This document shows positions 12,090 to 24,306 of a stretch of 64,000 nucleotides of DNA, piece by piece. This stretch comes from Isurus oxyrinchus. Taxonomy: Eukaryota. The notes under the pieces are model-generated. The model was given only the letters and a program-made list of their open reading frames with translations, was not told the DNA's origin and did no database searches. The stretch is taken from positions 145,328,001 to 145,392,000 of the forward strand of contig JANJGN010000004.1 of the NCBI GenBank assembly GCA_026770705.1, given 5' to 3'. Made by a program: the position numbers and the translations under genes. Position 1 is the stretch's first letter. Each line of letters begins with the position of its first letter.

Positions 12090-12950
12090 TGTCTTATTGT
12101 CACCGGCAGTCACTTGTTTCAAGGATGATATCTCCTCAGGGCAGTGAGTTTGTGCCATGAGTCTTCATGTGACAGGAAAGGCTCATTCTCAACCAATCTC
12201 AAGGATGTGCCATGAGGTAGTGAGATTTGGAGTGCAGGATTTTCTTCCTTTTCTTTCCTTCTCCACCGCTGCTCTGCCACACCATTAAGATGGTATGACT
12301 CTACGTGCGATGCAACTTGAAGGACAAATTGTCACCATCCTGAAGGATTGGTAGCAAACTCCCCCCAGTCATTAATGTCAATGCTGTTATGCTTCAACGA
12401 GGCTTTCGGAGTGTCTTTGAAGCATTTATTTTCGACTCCTCTGGAAAATTGGCCACCTACGAGTTGAGAAAACAGGACCTGGCTGGGGAGACATTTTTTG
12501 GCCATCCAGACACAGTATCTAGTCCGTCGTAGATGATTTTACAGGAGTTTTGCCTGAACTCTTATGCAGCTGGCTTCAGGAAGGATGCTAGCATTTGTTT
12601 AATGGTCGTCCCATTGAATCAGAGGATGTGGCAGAGGCAGTGCTGATGGAAATTCTCTAGAATTCTTATGTATCACTGTCACGCTTTCCAGGTCTGACTG
12701 TAGTACAAGAGTGTGGTGATGACAACTGCTCTGTATACTAGAATTTTATTGACTTGCTATGGTCTTTGTTGTTTAACACTCACTCCATAGCCGGAGAAGG
12801 CTGAGCTGGCACATCTGTTCTGGTATTGGATCTCCTCGTCAATGGTGGTCTTTTGAATGAGGCAGCTGCCAAGGTTTCTCCTTCTTGACACAATGTGGGC
12901 ATTATGAGCTGTTGCTTCCTGGATAACAGCCGATGATGAACATGACAATG
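12090..12950 (-). mobile_element. RTE LINE 3' end
   Basis: Minus strand IDEEIQY...ASSAF, AVVITTLLY, CFKDTPKASLK motifs typical of the RTE ORF2 C-terminus. Confidence 0.75.
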
Positions 12951-13151
12951 TTTCTGCTGCTTAGGCAACCACTAACTCAGTGCAATTTTGTTTTTAATAC
13001 GAAAGCCATAGGGCAGATATGACAAACCCCTGATGCCTAAATGGGTGCCATATGCAAATCTGCACCCAAAGGAACCACACCATCCAATAAATGCCATCTA
13101 TCTTACCCCATTGATAACTTAATTCACCTACCCTGTGGAAAGAAAGTATGG

Positions 13152-13838
13152 GGGCAAAACTTTGCCCTTGGCGTGCGGGCTAGGCAAGGTTGGGTAAGAG
13201 CAGTCAGGAAGTCAACCGCCGCCCGCGATAAGGCTAGAAGGCAATTTCATGTTGGCAGGCCAATTAAGGCCTGCCCAGCGTGAAATGCGAGCGGCAGCGC
13301 TGAGCACTGCCTATGTGGATGGAGGGAGGAGGGTGAGCATGACCTTTGCTCATGCACGAGTGCACGCTACATAATCACCCTGAGGCCGATCTCTGCCTCA
13401 GGGAGGTGAAGATATATGAAAAAATATAAATAAAAATAACATGTAATGAAACATGTCCCTTCATGTGACTCTGTCACATGAGCAGGGACATGTTATTAAT
13501 GAAAAAATAAAGTTTTTATTTGATTTTTCATTGCTTTTGGAAACCTCATCAACCCATAGATGAGGTTTCCAAAAAAGTGCACAGATCGCTTTGCCTTTTT
13601 GCCTACCCGCCAACCATAAGATTGGATGGGCAGCAAAAAATTTCCTTTAATTAACTTTTTAATGGCCTTAATATGCCATTTAATTGTCAGAGGGTGTGCT
13701 GCCAACTCCGGCACGTACCTGCCAACCAAAATAATTGCTGAGTGCGTGATGACATTGGGACGCACGCCCGATGTTATTGACTGTCATTTTACGCTCGGTT
13801 GGGTCGGACACACGCCCGCCCACCAAGCTACAAATTTT
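13152..13838. mobile_element. Harbinger MITE (~690 bp, double-hairpin family)
   Basis: TIR-like gggcaaaacttt start; shares gaaacctcatc/gatgaggtttc and catgtgac/gtcacatg palindromes with 19566-20258 and 22081-22684 (opposite orientation). Confidence 0.7.
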
Positions 13839-13844
13839 GGGTTC

Positions 13845-15420
13845 TCAAGTCCAGCGTACATGTCTACACTGCAGGCCATATGATGTGGAAGGTGTTTGCT
13901 GAACTGGCTTGAAAAGATACAATGCATGAAAATTATGGAAGCTTCTTGCAGTGATAATCTGACACAATAGGCCTGAAGGTTAAGGTACACCATTCTCTGT
14001 TGACCTGCCTTGTGAAGCAGAAGCAACAAATACATGCTGGAACTTTCCGGCCACGTTGGCATTGGGTGCCGTGGTTGGTGGGTTGGAAGGCCACAATATG
14101 GCGAGAAGGCCAAAAATTGGTTTCATGAAGTTGTGAAACCAGTTTGTGATCCACCCGTAAATGGCTGGTTGCATTTCCAACCACCACACATCAGTACTTC
14201 GACATTTCATTATAAGCCCTGTTCACCGGAGTCATCCCCCCATGGTGGATAATCCAGGCTTGTCAGCATGATTTCATAACCGGACATAAGCGACGTGCAG
14301 CTGGCAGCCTGCACTTTGCTCTAGACTTTGCCCACCTTGCTTTGGGCAGCACTCACAGGCTTCACAGGCAGCACCACATCACTTTTAGGAGGCCTCATAG
14401 ACAGCCTCTACTCACCAGAGCAGCCATAAGGACTAGGGCTTGCTAGAGGAAGGGGGAGAAGTGGCCTCAGGCAGGGGAAGAGACTGCAGGGTGAGGGCTG
14501 TACTGGGAAAGGAGGGCATCCCAAGGTGTGTGTGGGGGCACATGTTGATCTGTCCAAGTGACCTCAAAATGCTGAGGGCTGAGGAAGCAATATCGAGAGG
14601 AGATGAGGCTAGGTGGAGATGTGAGGGTGTGTGTGAGAGAGTGAGTGGTGATGTCCCTTGAACTAGCAGTGAGTGAGATGCCAGTGAATGTATGATGGCC
14701 TTGTGAGTGATGAGATGGTTGCCTTACACTGGCGGCATGGCTGAGATTATTCAACTGTTTTATGCAGTGGATGGCCGATCTCTTATGTGCAGCATGGGCA
14801 CTGACAACCTCTGCCCCCGCCTCCCAAGCCAGAGTGGTGAGACTGATGGGCCTCCTGTGGCCAGAGCGGGGGTCGAGGACATCGCAGTGAGCCTCCATGG
14901 CATCCAAAAGGCATCTCAGGCATGCATCACTGAATCAGGGGGCTGCACTCTTCTTAACCTTTGGGGCCATATCTTCACCTGTCAGTCCTGGGCTTCAAGC
15001 ATTGGGAAGTGTACACGCAACTGCACTTTAAATATGCATGAGGAAGTGGCGAGGTAACGGCATGACAAGCAAATCGGAAGCCACTTGCCAGCAAGACTGT
15101 GATTATGCAGCCACAGGAAACACAATGAGGCAGAAATGGTATGATACGCTGTGAAAAGCCACCATTGCAGCTGTCGGGTAAAACATCCATTTTCCCTACC
15201 ACAGTTAGTATAAACCTGGGATGATTCCACCCGCAGGGCTCCCATGATGATTTGTGGCATGGGTCCTGGGGCAGTGTTGGTTAAGTCTGGAATGCCTCAA
15301 GGCATTTGTCGGCCCCCACACAAATGCCTTGTTTTTAATTTCAATCATGTAACATGTTTGAAACTCCTGAAGGTGTCCTGATCACTGCCTCTTTGTACAA
15401 TATTGCATCAAAGCAAACAG
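13845..15420 (-). mobile_element. RTE LINE RT fragments flanking the Harbinger insertion
   Basis: Degenerate YADD-equivalent (MYAG) at ~13850-13862 and a DG.L.NL-like segment at ~13970-14005. Confidence 0.45.
14035..15232 (-). mobile_element. Non-autonomous Harbinger (~1.2 kb) retaining Myb exon 1
   Basis: TIR ...gatgattccaccc; MDAMEAHCDVLDPRSGHRRP...AWEAGAEVVSA...CIKQLNNL (ORF 14467..14907); reverse complement collinear with 54450-55718. Confidence 0.85.
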
Positions 15421-15736
15421 ACGGGCACATGAGACAACACATCACTTCAGAAACTGAAGTCTATTGATTATTCACCAAAGTAAATCAATCAAAACAACCC
15501 AACACTGCATGGACTGCAAATTAACTAACATGTGCAGAGAAGTTAAAGACTGAGGTGGATTTACCACAATCACAATTTTACTTAACTGCAATTGCAAGGG
15601 TATGGCCAATGGTATTATGAGTGAAGACAGTAAGTTGATACTTAATATCAACATTATTTACATTTATCATTGTGATACCGGTAACTTTATTGTCAACTTC
15701 ACAACCTCAGCATAAGATGGGTTTCTCTTATTACAG

Positions 15737-16089
15737 GGTGTCTGCTATGAATGACAAAGTATAGAATGGCTCTGAAAATCTTTGGACACCTAGCTTCAAT
15801 AGGTGTACTAGTGCTAATTATGCTGGGCCATTTTGAGGCTCAGGGTCACAGTGTTGCTGTCCCCTTCTGTCCAGCTTGCTCCTACATCGATGGGAATGTT
15901 TGGCATTTGGGCAAAGACTCTGCCTCCAACAAAGGAGGGTCTGTTATCATGCTAGACACTCCAATACTTCCCCTTCAGTTACAGCAGGATGTACCAGATG
16001 GACCATGGATTTTCAAGCCCAATTTTAGTTTTAGTATCAGTATTGCATTTGTAAGTCTACAGTCATGTGTTGATAGGGCCCTAAAATAA
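15737..16089 (+). other. Candidate exon/ORF with signal-peptide-like N-terminus (possibly the 3' region of an LTR element)
   Basis: Acceptor tttctcttattacag ends 15736; MALKIFGHLASIGVLVLIMLGHFEAQG; CPAC; PPT-like aaaggaggg 15931-15939 followed by TGTTA at 15942. Confidence 0.25.
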
Positions 16090-16339
16090 TACAAGCTTTC
16101 TTTGAATAGAACACTGCCCTGGTAATAAACCATTTTGCTTTCCTCAATAATGCTGTGGAATCACCTTTGGATTGTTACTGCATTGAGTCACCATGATCTT
16201 GTTTCTGCTTAATTTATAGAGATTGGTATGAATTGTTGGTATCAAATAGAAAAATATTTAAAATACTGCAAAAATTAGTGGTGGTCCAAAATATTGGGGA
16301 AAAGTTTAGAAACCAGCAAAATATGACTCACAAAAGAAG

Positions 16340-16690
16340 TAAAGAAGTTGGAGAAAGAGAGAAAAATAGCAAGCAATATAAAACCAGATAGGAAAAGCTT
16401 TTACAAGTATATAAAAAGGAACAGAGTAGCTAAAGTGAGCATTGATCCCTTAGAGAGTGAGACTGTGGAATTAATAATGGGAACAAGGAACTGGCAGACA
16501 CTTTGAGCAAGTATTTTGTTTCTGTCTTTGAAGATTACAGAAAGCATCCCAAGGATAGGAGAAAGTCAAGAGGCAAAATCGAGGGAGAAACTTAAAGTAA
16601 TCAAAATCACACGAGTAAAAGTTCAAAGAAAACCATTGGGACTGAGGGCTGACAAGACCCCTGGACCTGATGGCCTACATCCTAGTCTCA
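16340..16690 (+). mobile_element. CR1 ORF2 internal fragment
   Basis: KSFYKYIKRNR and LRADKTPGPDGLHP motifs. Confidence 0.8.
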
Positions 16691-16699
16691 TGATAACAT

Positions 16700-17840
16700 A
16701 AGAGCATAAGCATAAGCAGGAGTAGGCCTTTTGGTCCTTTGAGACTGATCCACAATTTGATAAGATCATGGCTGATGTAATTATGGCCTCTATTTTTTTA
16801 TCTACTCCCCATACTCTTTGGCTCCATTGTCAGTCAGGAATCTATCTAACATAGCCATAAAAATATTCAACGACCCTGCCTTCACTGCTCTCTGGGGAAG
16901 AGAATTCTCCTCATCTCTGTCTTAAAGTGGGAGACCCATTATTTTTAAACTGTGTCCCCGAGCTCTGTTATCTCACACAAAGGGAACATCTTTTCAGTAT
17001 CCATCCTGTAAAGTCCCCTCAGGATCTTATGGGCAGAAATTTATGCCAGCGGGATTTTATGGCCCCGAAGTCAATGGACTTTTGACTGGCTTGCCACATT
17101 TTATGGCCCCGCCCCCACCTTGATAGGGCTGTAAAATTCTGCCCTATGTGTTTCAATGAGATCACCTCTCATTCTTCTAAACTCCGTTGAATACAGGCCC
17201 AATCTGTCCAACCTTTCCTCAAAAAACAACCCCTTTATCCCAGGATGCAGTTGAGTGAACATTCTCTGCACTACTTCTGATGCAATTATATCCTTTCTTA
17301 AAAAAGGAGACCAAAACTGTACACAGTACTCCAGATGTGGCCTCACCAACTGTAGCAAATCTTGCCTACTTTTATATTCCACTCCCCTTGCCTTCCTAAT
17401 CACTTGCCATACCTGCTTGCTAACATTTTTTGATTCATGTACCAAGACACCCAGATCCTCTATACCATATAGTTCTGCAACATCTGTCAATTTATATAAT
17501 ATGCGGTTTTTCTATTCTTCCTGCCAAAGTGGACAAGTTCACATTTTCCCATATTATATTACATCTGCCAAATTTTTTGCCCACTCACTTAACCTATCTA
17601 TATCACTTTGCAGGCTCCTTTTGTCTTCTTAACAACTTACTCTCCTACCTATCTATGTGTCATCCGTAAATTTAGCATCCATACATTCAGTCCCTTCATC
17701 CAAATCATTGATATAGATTGTAAATAGTTGGAGCCCCAGCACTGATCCCTGTGGCACTCCTCATTACATCTTGCCAACCTGACAATGATCTATTAATCAC
17801 CACATTGTTTCTTGTTAATTAATCAATCCTCCATCCATGC
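16700..17840 (-). mobile_element. CR1 LINE 3' portion
   Basis: ORF 17101..17490 DLGVLVH...LVRPHLEYCVQFWSP...RRMRGDLIET; 3' tail at ~16700-16780. Confidence 0.9.
17031..17144. mobile_element. 114-bp Harbinger mini-MITE
   Basis: TIRs GGGCAGAAATTTA / TAAAATTCTGCCC; TAT TSD (17028-30, 17145-47); the host CR1 rejoins across it. Confidence 0.9.
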
Positions 17841-18156
17841 AGAATCGGAGCAACAAGAAAGAGCTAGACCAGGAGCAGGATAAAAAACAGCAATCTGCCA
17901 CCTCCATCAGGAACCAATCAGAAGCCACGCTCGTAAGGAAAAATCGAGGTGTGGCATCACAGGGAAGCAGGTAGGTGATTGACTGGTGAGTATTTCCTAT
18001 TTATTTTATCTAAACAAGGGAATAAACTGGTGAGACTTATCTTTCTTTTTTAAAGTAAGGCTTATTACTACTGTTAAGGTTTATTCAGTATTAGCAAGGT
18101 TTATCAATATTAATAAGGTTTATTAGTATTGCTAAGATTTATTAATAGCAGTGAGA

Positions 18157-18713
18157 TTTTTTTAAAAATTCATTCAGGGGATGTGGGTTTCGCTGCCGAG
18201 GCCAGCATTTATTGCGCATCCCTAATTGCCCTTGAGAAGGTGGTGGTGAGCTACCTTCTTGAACTGCTGCAGTCCATGTGGTGTAGGTACACCCACAGTG
18301 CTGTTAGGGTGGGAGTTCCAGGATTTTGACCCAGCGACAGTGAAGGAATGGCAATATATTTCCAAGTCAGGATGGTGAGTGACTTGGAGGGGAACTTCCA
18401 GGTGATGGTGTTTCCATTTATCTACTACCCTTGTCCTTCTAGGTGATAGTCTTCATGGCTTTGGAAGATGCTGTCTATGGAGCATTCCTGAAGGTGAATT
18501 CCTGCAGTGCATCTTGTAGATGGTACACACTGCTGCTACTGTGTGTCGGTGGTGGAGGGAGTGAATGTTTGTGAATGTGGTGCCAATCAAGCGGGCTGTT
18601 TTGTCCTGGATGACGTCAAGCTTCTTCAGTGTTGTAGGAGCTGCACTCATCCAGGCAAGTGGGGAGTATTCTATTACATTCCTGAATTGTGCCTTGTAGA
18701 CGGTGGGCAGGCA
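18157..18713 (-). mobile_element. 3' end of a second LINE lineage (CR1/L2 superclade)
   Basis: ORF 18453..18650 MSAAPTTLKKLDVIQDKTARLIG...VCTIYKMHC; tail gctcaccaccaccttctcaagggcaattagggatg...poly(A); same tail at 56601-56711. Confidence 0.8.
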
Positions 18714-19565
18714 TTGATAAAATTGTATTGATTAGTATTGATAAAATTTTATTTAAAGTAGTAAGATTCATTTGAAGTAGCAAGGTTAACAATGAAATGG
18801 CAGAGCTGCTCCAACTTTGAGAGTGCACATTCTGTGTTATGTGAGAGGTCCAGGATGCTTCCTGTGTCCTGGATAACTGTATGTGCATGAAGTGTTGTCA
18901 GTTGCAGCAGCTTGAGCACCAGGTTTCGGACCTTGAGCAGCTATTGACATCACTGTGGTGTATCCATGAGGTTGAGAACTTTGTGGATAGTACATTTATA
19001 GATGTGGTCACCCTCAAGCTTAAGTGTAGGCAGGGAGAGAGGGAATGGACGATCACCAGGCAGTGAAGTCGAAACAGGCAGTTAGTGCATAAGCCCTCTG
19101 AGTGTATCCCCCTCTGCAATGAGTATTCAGTTCTGAATAATTGATGAGAGTGATGGTGCTCAGCTATACAAGGGGGTGCAAAGAAAACTAGACAAACAAT
19201 AGTGATAGGTGATTCAATAGTTAGGGGAATAAATAAGTGTTTCTGCACACAGATGTGAATCCAGGGTGTTATGTTACCTCCCTAGTAATGGGGTCAAGGA
19301 TGTTACTGAGTGGCTGCAGAGCACCCTGACGGGGGAGGGTGAACAGCCAGCTGTTGTGGTCCACATTGGTATGAAAAACACAGGCAGAAAGAGAGATGTG
19401 GTCCTGCAGTCAGAATTAGGGAGCTAGGTAGAAAATTAGCAAGCAGGGCCTCAAAAGTAATAATCCCTAGATTACTCCCAGTACCACATGCAAGTGAGTA
19501 TAAAAATAGGGGAATACAGCAGACGAACGCATGGCTGGAAAGATGGTGTAGGAGGGAGGGCTTAA

Positions 19566-20258
19566 GGCCAGCATCTTCCAGTAAGCGAGACCCGCTTGCC
19601 GACGTGTAAAATGACACTGAGTGATGTCAGGCATGCGTCATAATTTCACCTTGCGTCATTTAATTTGTCAGTTCGGCAGGCGCACATCCGACTCGGATGT
19701 TCGCCCGCCGACCTGTGAACGGGCTATTAAGGCCATTAAAAAAGCAATTGAACTCATTAATGGACCTGCCCATCCAACTTTAAGGTTGGCGGGCAGGCCG
19801 GGAGCCCCGGTGGGCTTGTGAGAAAACATGAAACCTCATCAATGGGCAGGATGAGGTTTCATGAGTGATTTAAAAAATGCAGAATATTTTACAATTAAAG
19901 TCATGGACATGGCATAGCTCATGTGACAGTGTCACATGAGGGCACATGGCAGGGAAATTTTTTTCTAATCTTTATTCAAAGTTTTAAATCAGAGCAAATT
20001 TCCTCAGGGAGGTCTGTGCGCTCTTTTGCGCGCATGCGTGTAAGAGCGCACTCCCATGCGCGCGAAAGAGCGCACTCCTGGCTGAGCAGGGAGCGCATAG
20101 CGCTTCCTGGCGGACGTCACACTGGGCGTGCCTTAATTGGCTTGTCCACGTAAAATGGTGGCGCACCCCTGATCAGGCATGCCGATCAGAGGTCCGCCCG
20201 CTCGCGCCTGCTCCTGCACTTCCCCCCACCCCCCCGAGATGGGGGAAGAATTTTTCCC
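19566..20258. mobile_element. Harbinger MITE (double-hairpin family) inserted in CR1 ORF1
   Basis: TAA TSD (19563-65, 20259-61); imperfect TIRs; CpG-rich; CR1 sequence rejoins (gagggctTAAgattc). Confidence 0.85.
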
Positions 20259-21543
20259 TAAGATTCTTTGGACATTGGGAGCAGCTCTTGGGGAGAAGGG
20301 ACTTGGACAGGCCAAATGGGTTGCACCTAAATAAAGCTGAGACTATGTTCCTTGTGGGCTATTTTGCTAGTGCGATTGGGGATGACTTAAACTAACTTGG
20401 CAGGGGTGTGGGAACCAGGAGGTAATATCAAAGAGGAAAAATAAGGTGCACAGACTACTGGGAGAGATGGATAGCACTAGAATAAGGAATAGTAAGTTAA
20501 TAGGTGGAGTCAGAGTAAAAGAGAAAGTAATACAATCTAAATCAGGCTAACCGTGCATGTATGTTATAAATAGAGTCTAGTAAATAAGATTGGTGAGTTA
20601 CAGGCACAGATTACCATTTGAAAATACAATATTGTGGCAATAAGAGAGATCTGTCTCAAGGAAAGACAGGACTGGGTGTTAAATATTCCTGGATACAAGG
20701 TGTTCAGAAAAGATAGGAACGGAAGAAAAGGGGCAGGAGTGACTGTATTAATTAAGGAGAGTTTTGCAGTGCTGGACAATGAGGATATCTCACAGGGGTC
20801 ACAGACAGAATCTATTTAGCTAGAGTAAGGAAGGAAAAAAAGAAGTGATTACATTGCTCAGTGTATTCTATAGGCCCTTGGCTAGTGGGAAGGATGTAGA
20901 GGAACAAATCTGCAAGGAAATTACAGAGAGGTGCAAAAGCTATAGAGCAATTATAGTGGGGGACTTTAATTATCCAGATATGGACTGGGATAGTAGAGAT
21001 GTAAAGGGCAGGGAGGAGAAAGAGTTGTTAGTGTTTGTTCAGGGAGTTTTCTACAGCAGTGTGTCGAATGATAAAGAAGGCAACACTAGAACTGGTTCTT
21101 GGGAATGAGGTTGTCCAAGTCCATCAATTGCCAGTAGGAGAGCAGTTAGAGGGCAGTGATCATTGTATCATAAGGTTTAGACTGATTATGGAAAAAGACA
21201 AAGAACAGTCCAAATTAAGAATAATTAACTGGGGCAAAGCCAACTTTAAATGGGTAAGATTGGATCTGGGACAAAGTAATTGGATTCAAAGGTTGGCAGG
21301 GATAAAGGTAACTGAATAATGAGCTACCATCAAAGAAGAGAGAGTTCAGGCACAGTCAAGGTGTATTCCCTTGAAAGGGAAAGGTATAGAAGAAAAAGTT
21401 ACATCTTCCTAGACGACAAAAGACATAAAAATTACAATAAAGAAAAAAAGTGCACTTATGAGAGATGTCAGGTAGAAAATATAATTGAGAACTAGGCTGA
21501 AAACACAAGGTTCAGAAGGGAGATGAAAAAGCAAATAAGAAAA

Positions 21544-22872
21544 TGTCATGAAGATATTATTGTATATAATGGTATTAGAATTTTTTTAAAAATAGAGGTT
21601 TAGTCTATATGTGTTTTAATTGGATTAAACCCAGCTGCTCTGGGTGCTTTGATGCATAAGACTTTTGAGATGTATCAGTAGGTAGAGGGTACGTTTGCAT
21701 TTTGTTGAATTGAGCATTCAGGAGTGGGAGTGAAATCTTGCACCTAGCTAGAAGTCACCAAGCAATGTTTATATTACCAATGAAATTGGTACTATGAAAG
21801 GGGTACAAAGGACCTAGTGATACAATGAGAATTTACATTCAAAGCGAAAGGCTGGGTATAACAGAAAGAAGTTTATGTGTGCAGGCCAGAGGCATGTAAG
21901 ATCTAACCCTGTAAGGCAACAGCTGTCTGCAAAGGGACAAAATTGAAAGGGATCTTGTTTGGAATTTGTAAGGTAAAAAGTGCTTTCCCTGGTGTCTGTT
22001 TAAGCCTACTGGTTATTGTTGCCTTAGTAGAGATTAATTTAGGAATTTGTTAAAAATTTATGATAGTAATTTATAACCATGGGCTGAGTTTTCACGTTGG
22101 CGACTGGGGGCGCAGCCCACTCGCCGACATGTAAAATAACGTGCTTCCCGACATCACTGTGCATCATTTAGATTATCAGTTCAGCGGGCGTGCTGCAGCA
22201 TCAGCTGCACACCCGCCGAACTGTCAAAGGCCTATTAAGGCCATTAACAAAGTAATTAAAGTTGTTAAGAATGCTGTCCGTTCAACCTTAAGATTGGCAG
22301 GCAGGCAAAGATCCCAGGCGGCCTTCACATTTTTGGCGGGATGAGGTTTCATGAAGTGTTTGTTAATTAAATAAAAATTTGAAAAAATTATTGGACATGT
22401 CCCAGCTCATGTGACAGTTTCAGGGGACAGGGGACATGACCTTTAAATTTTTTTCCACCTTTATTAAACTTTCTACAACTTAAACTAATCTCTCTGAGGT
22501 ACGGAATCCCTCCCGCCCACACAGGGAGTGCACAGCATTTCTGGTTGTGCATTATGCTGGGCGGGCCTTAATTGGTCCGCCCACATAAAATGGTGGTGCA
22601 CACCCGACTGGGGGCGCCGATCAGGTTCGCACTTGCTCCCACCTGCCCCCACACAACCCCCCCAATAGGGGGGAAATTCTTCCCCATGTATATGTGTTTA
22701 ATTTGTTGTAAATCAATAAGTGTTTCATTTAGTTTGATATAAAAAGCTCTCAAGAATTCTTGAGCTGCAACTCAAAACTTACCAAATGAAAAATATAGGT
22801 TATGACAGTTGTTTAAAGTTTCCCTCTGGGATTTTAACTAACTCAGCTTTTACAAACTGCTGTATCATAACA
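21544..22872 (+). mobile_element. Solo LTR (family B) inserted in CR1 ORF2
   Basis: TGT...ACA termini; AAAA 4-bp TSD (21540-43 / 22873-76); CR1 rejoins. Confidence 0.8.
22081..22684. mobile_element. Harbinger MITE nested in the LTR
   Basis: CAT TSD; TIRs gggctgagttttc / gaaattcttccc; similar to 19566-20258. Confidence 0.85.
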
Positions 22873-23984
22873 AAAAGCAAAGGGGAAATGTGAAAAAAGA
22901 ACTGGCAGCCAACATAAAAGGGAATCCCAAAATCTACCATAGACACATAAATAATAAAAAAATATGGTAAAAGGAGGAGTAGATCTGATTAGGGACCAAA
23001 AAGGGGATTAATGCATGCAGGCAGAGGGCATAGCTGGAGTATTAAATGAGTACTTTGCATCTTTATTTACCAAGGAAGAAAATGCTGCCCAGGCCATGAA
23101 GAAAGAGGAGTTGTTTCAGACATTAGATGGACTTAAAATTGATAAGAAGGAGGTATTGGATAGGCTGCCTGTACTTAAAGTTGATAGGACACCAGGACTG
23201 GATGAGATGCATTCAAGAATACTGAAGGAAGTGAGGATACAAATTGCAGAGGCACTGGCTGTAATCTTTCAGTCTTCCTTAGACTCAGGGGTGGTGCCAG
23301 AGCACGAAAGGATTGCAAACATTACACCCTTGCTTAAAAAAGGGGGTAAAGATAACCCAGCAACTACAGGCCAGTTAGTTTAATTTTAGTGTAAGGAAAC
23401 TTCTAGAAACAATAATCCAAGATGAAAATAATAGTCAAATGGTCAAATGTGGGTTAATTACGAAAGCCAGCACGGATTTCTAAAGGGGAAATTGTGTTTA
23501 AATAACTTGCTGGAGTTTTCTGATGAGCTAACAGAAAGAGTTGATGAGAACAATGCTGGTGATTTGGTGTACATGGACTTCCAAAAGACATTTAATATGG
23601 TGCCACACAACAGGCTTGTGAACATAATTATAGCCCATGGAATAAAAGAGACAGCAGCAATATGGATACAAAATTGGCTGAGTGACAGAAAATGGTGAGT
23701 TGCAGTTAAAGTATGTTTTTTCAGGCTGGAGAAGGCTTGTAGTGGAGTTCCCCTGGAGTCAGTGTTGGGACCCTTGATTTTCCTGATGTATATTAATTAT
23801 TTAGACCTTGGTGTACAGGGCGCAATTTCAAAGTTTGCAGATAGTATGAAACTTGAAAGCATAGTGAACTGTGAGGAAGATGGTGAATCTCACAGTGCAC
23901 AAGAGGTCCTTCGGCCCTTCAAGTCTGCACCGAAGCATTTCAGCTTCTCTTAAAGTGTTAAAAGATATATTTTAAACATACCCT

Positions 23985-24306
23985 CTGGGCCTCTTCTGGC
24001 CCAGGGTCCGGCTCCTGACAAGTTTTGCATTACGGGTGAGATGGCACTACTTTACCTGCTCAGACCTCAGATTGAAATTGAGGATCAGGTCCTGATGATG
24101 CTATTGGGTATAATATTCACAGAGTATTTGAAACAGGAGCCCTTTTCCTTCCTGTAGGTATCCTGCTCACTGGAACAGTTTAATATGGGAATCTGCCAGA
24201 AAGAAGGATCAGTGGAGATAATTGATTTGAAATTTATTTTATTTATCTAATTTGAATGTCCCCTGCTGCCAAGTTTCTACCAAGTTTTGTCGTAAAACTT
24301 GGGCCC
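23985..24306. mobile_element. Old MITE remnant
   Basis: Ends in TIR-like gtaaaacttgggccc; otherwise degraded. Confidence 0.35.

Larger units (their letters stand above)
17840..23885 (+). mobile_element. Long CR1 LINE (5' UTR, ORF1 Zn-finger/coiled-coil/SGNH esterase, ORF2 EN and RT), decayed, 3'-truncated, with nested insertions
   Basis: CMKC..LQQLEHQVSDLEQ (18881); TIVIGDSIVRG (~19195-19227); EN motifs LNIPGYKVFRKDR, YRP, GDFNYP, SDH; RT motifs QHGF..G..C..NLLEF, YMDFQK, LGPLIFLMYIN, KFAD. Confidence 0.9.

Noticed and set aside
19566-20258. CpG island or promoter
   Set aside because: CpG richness is confined to a MITE bounded by a TAA TSD
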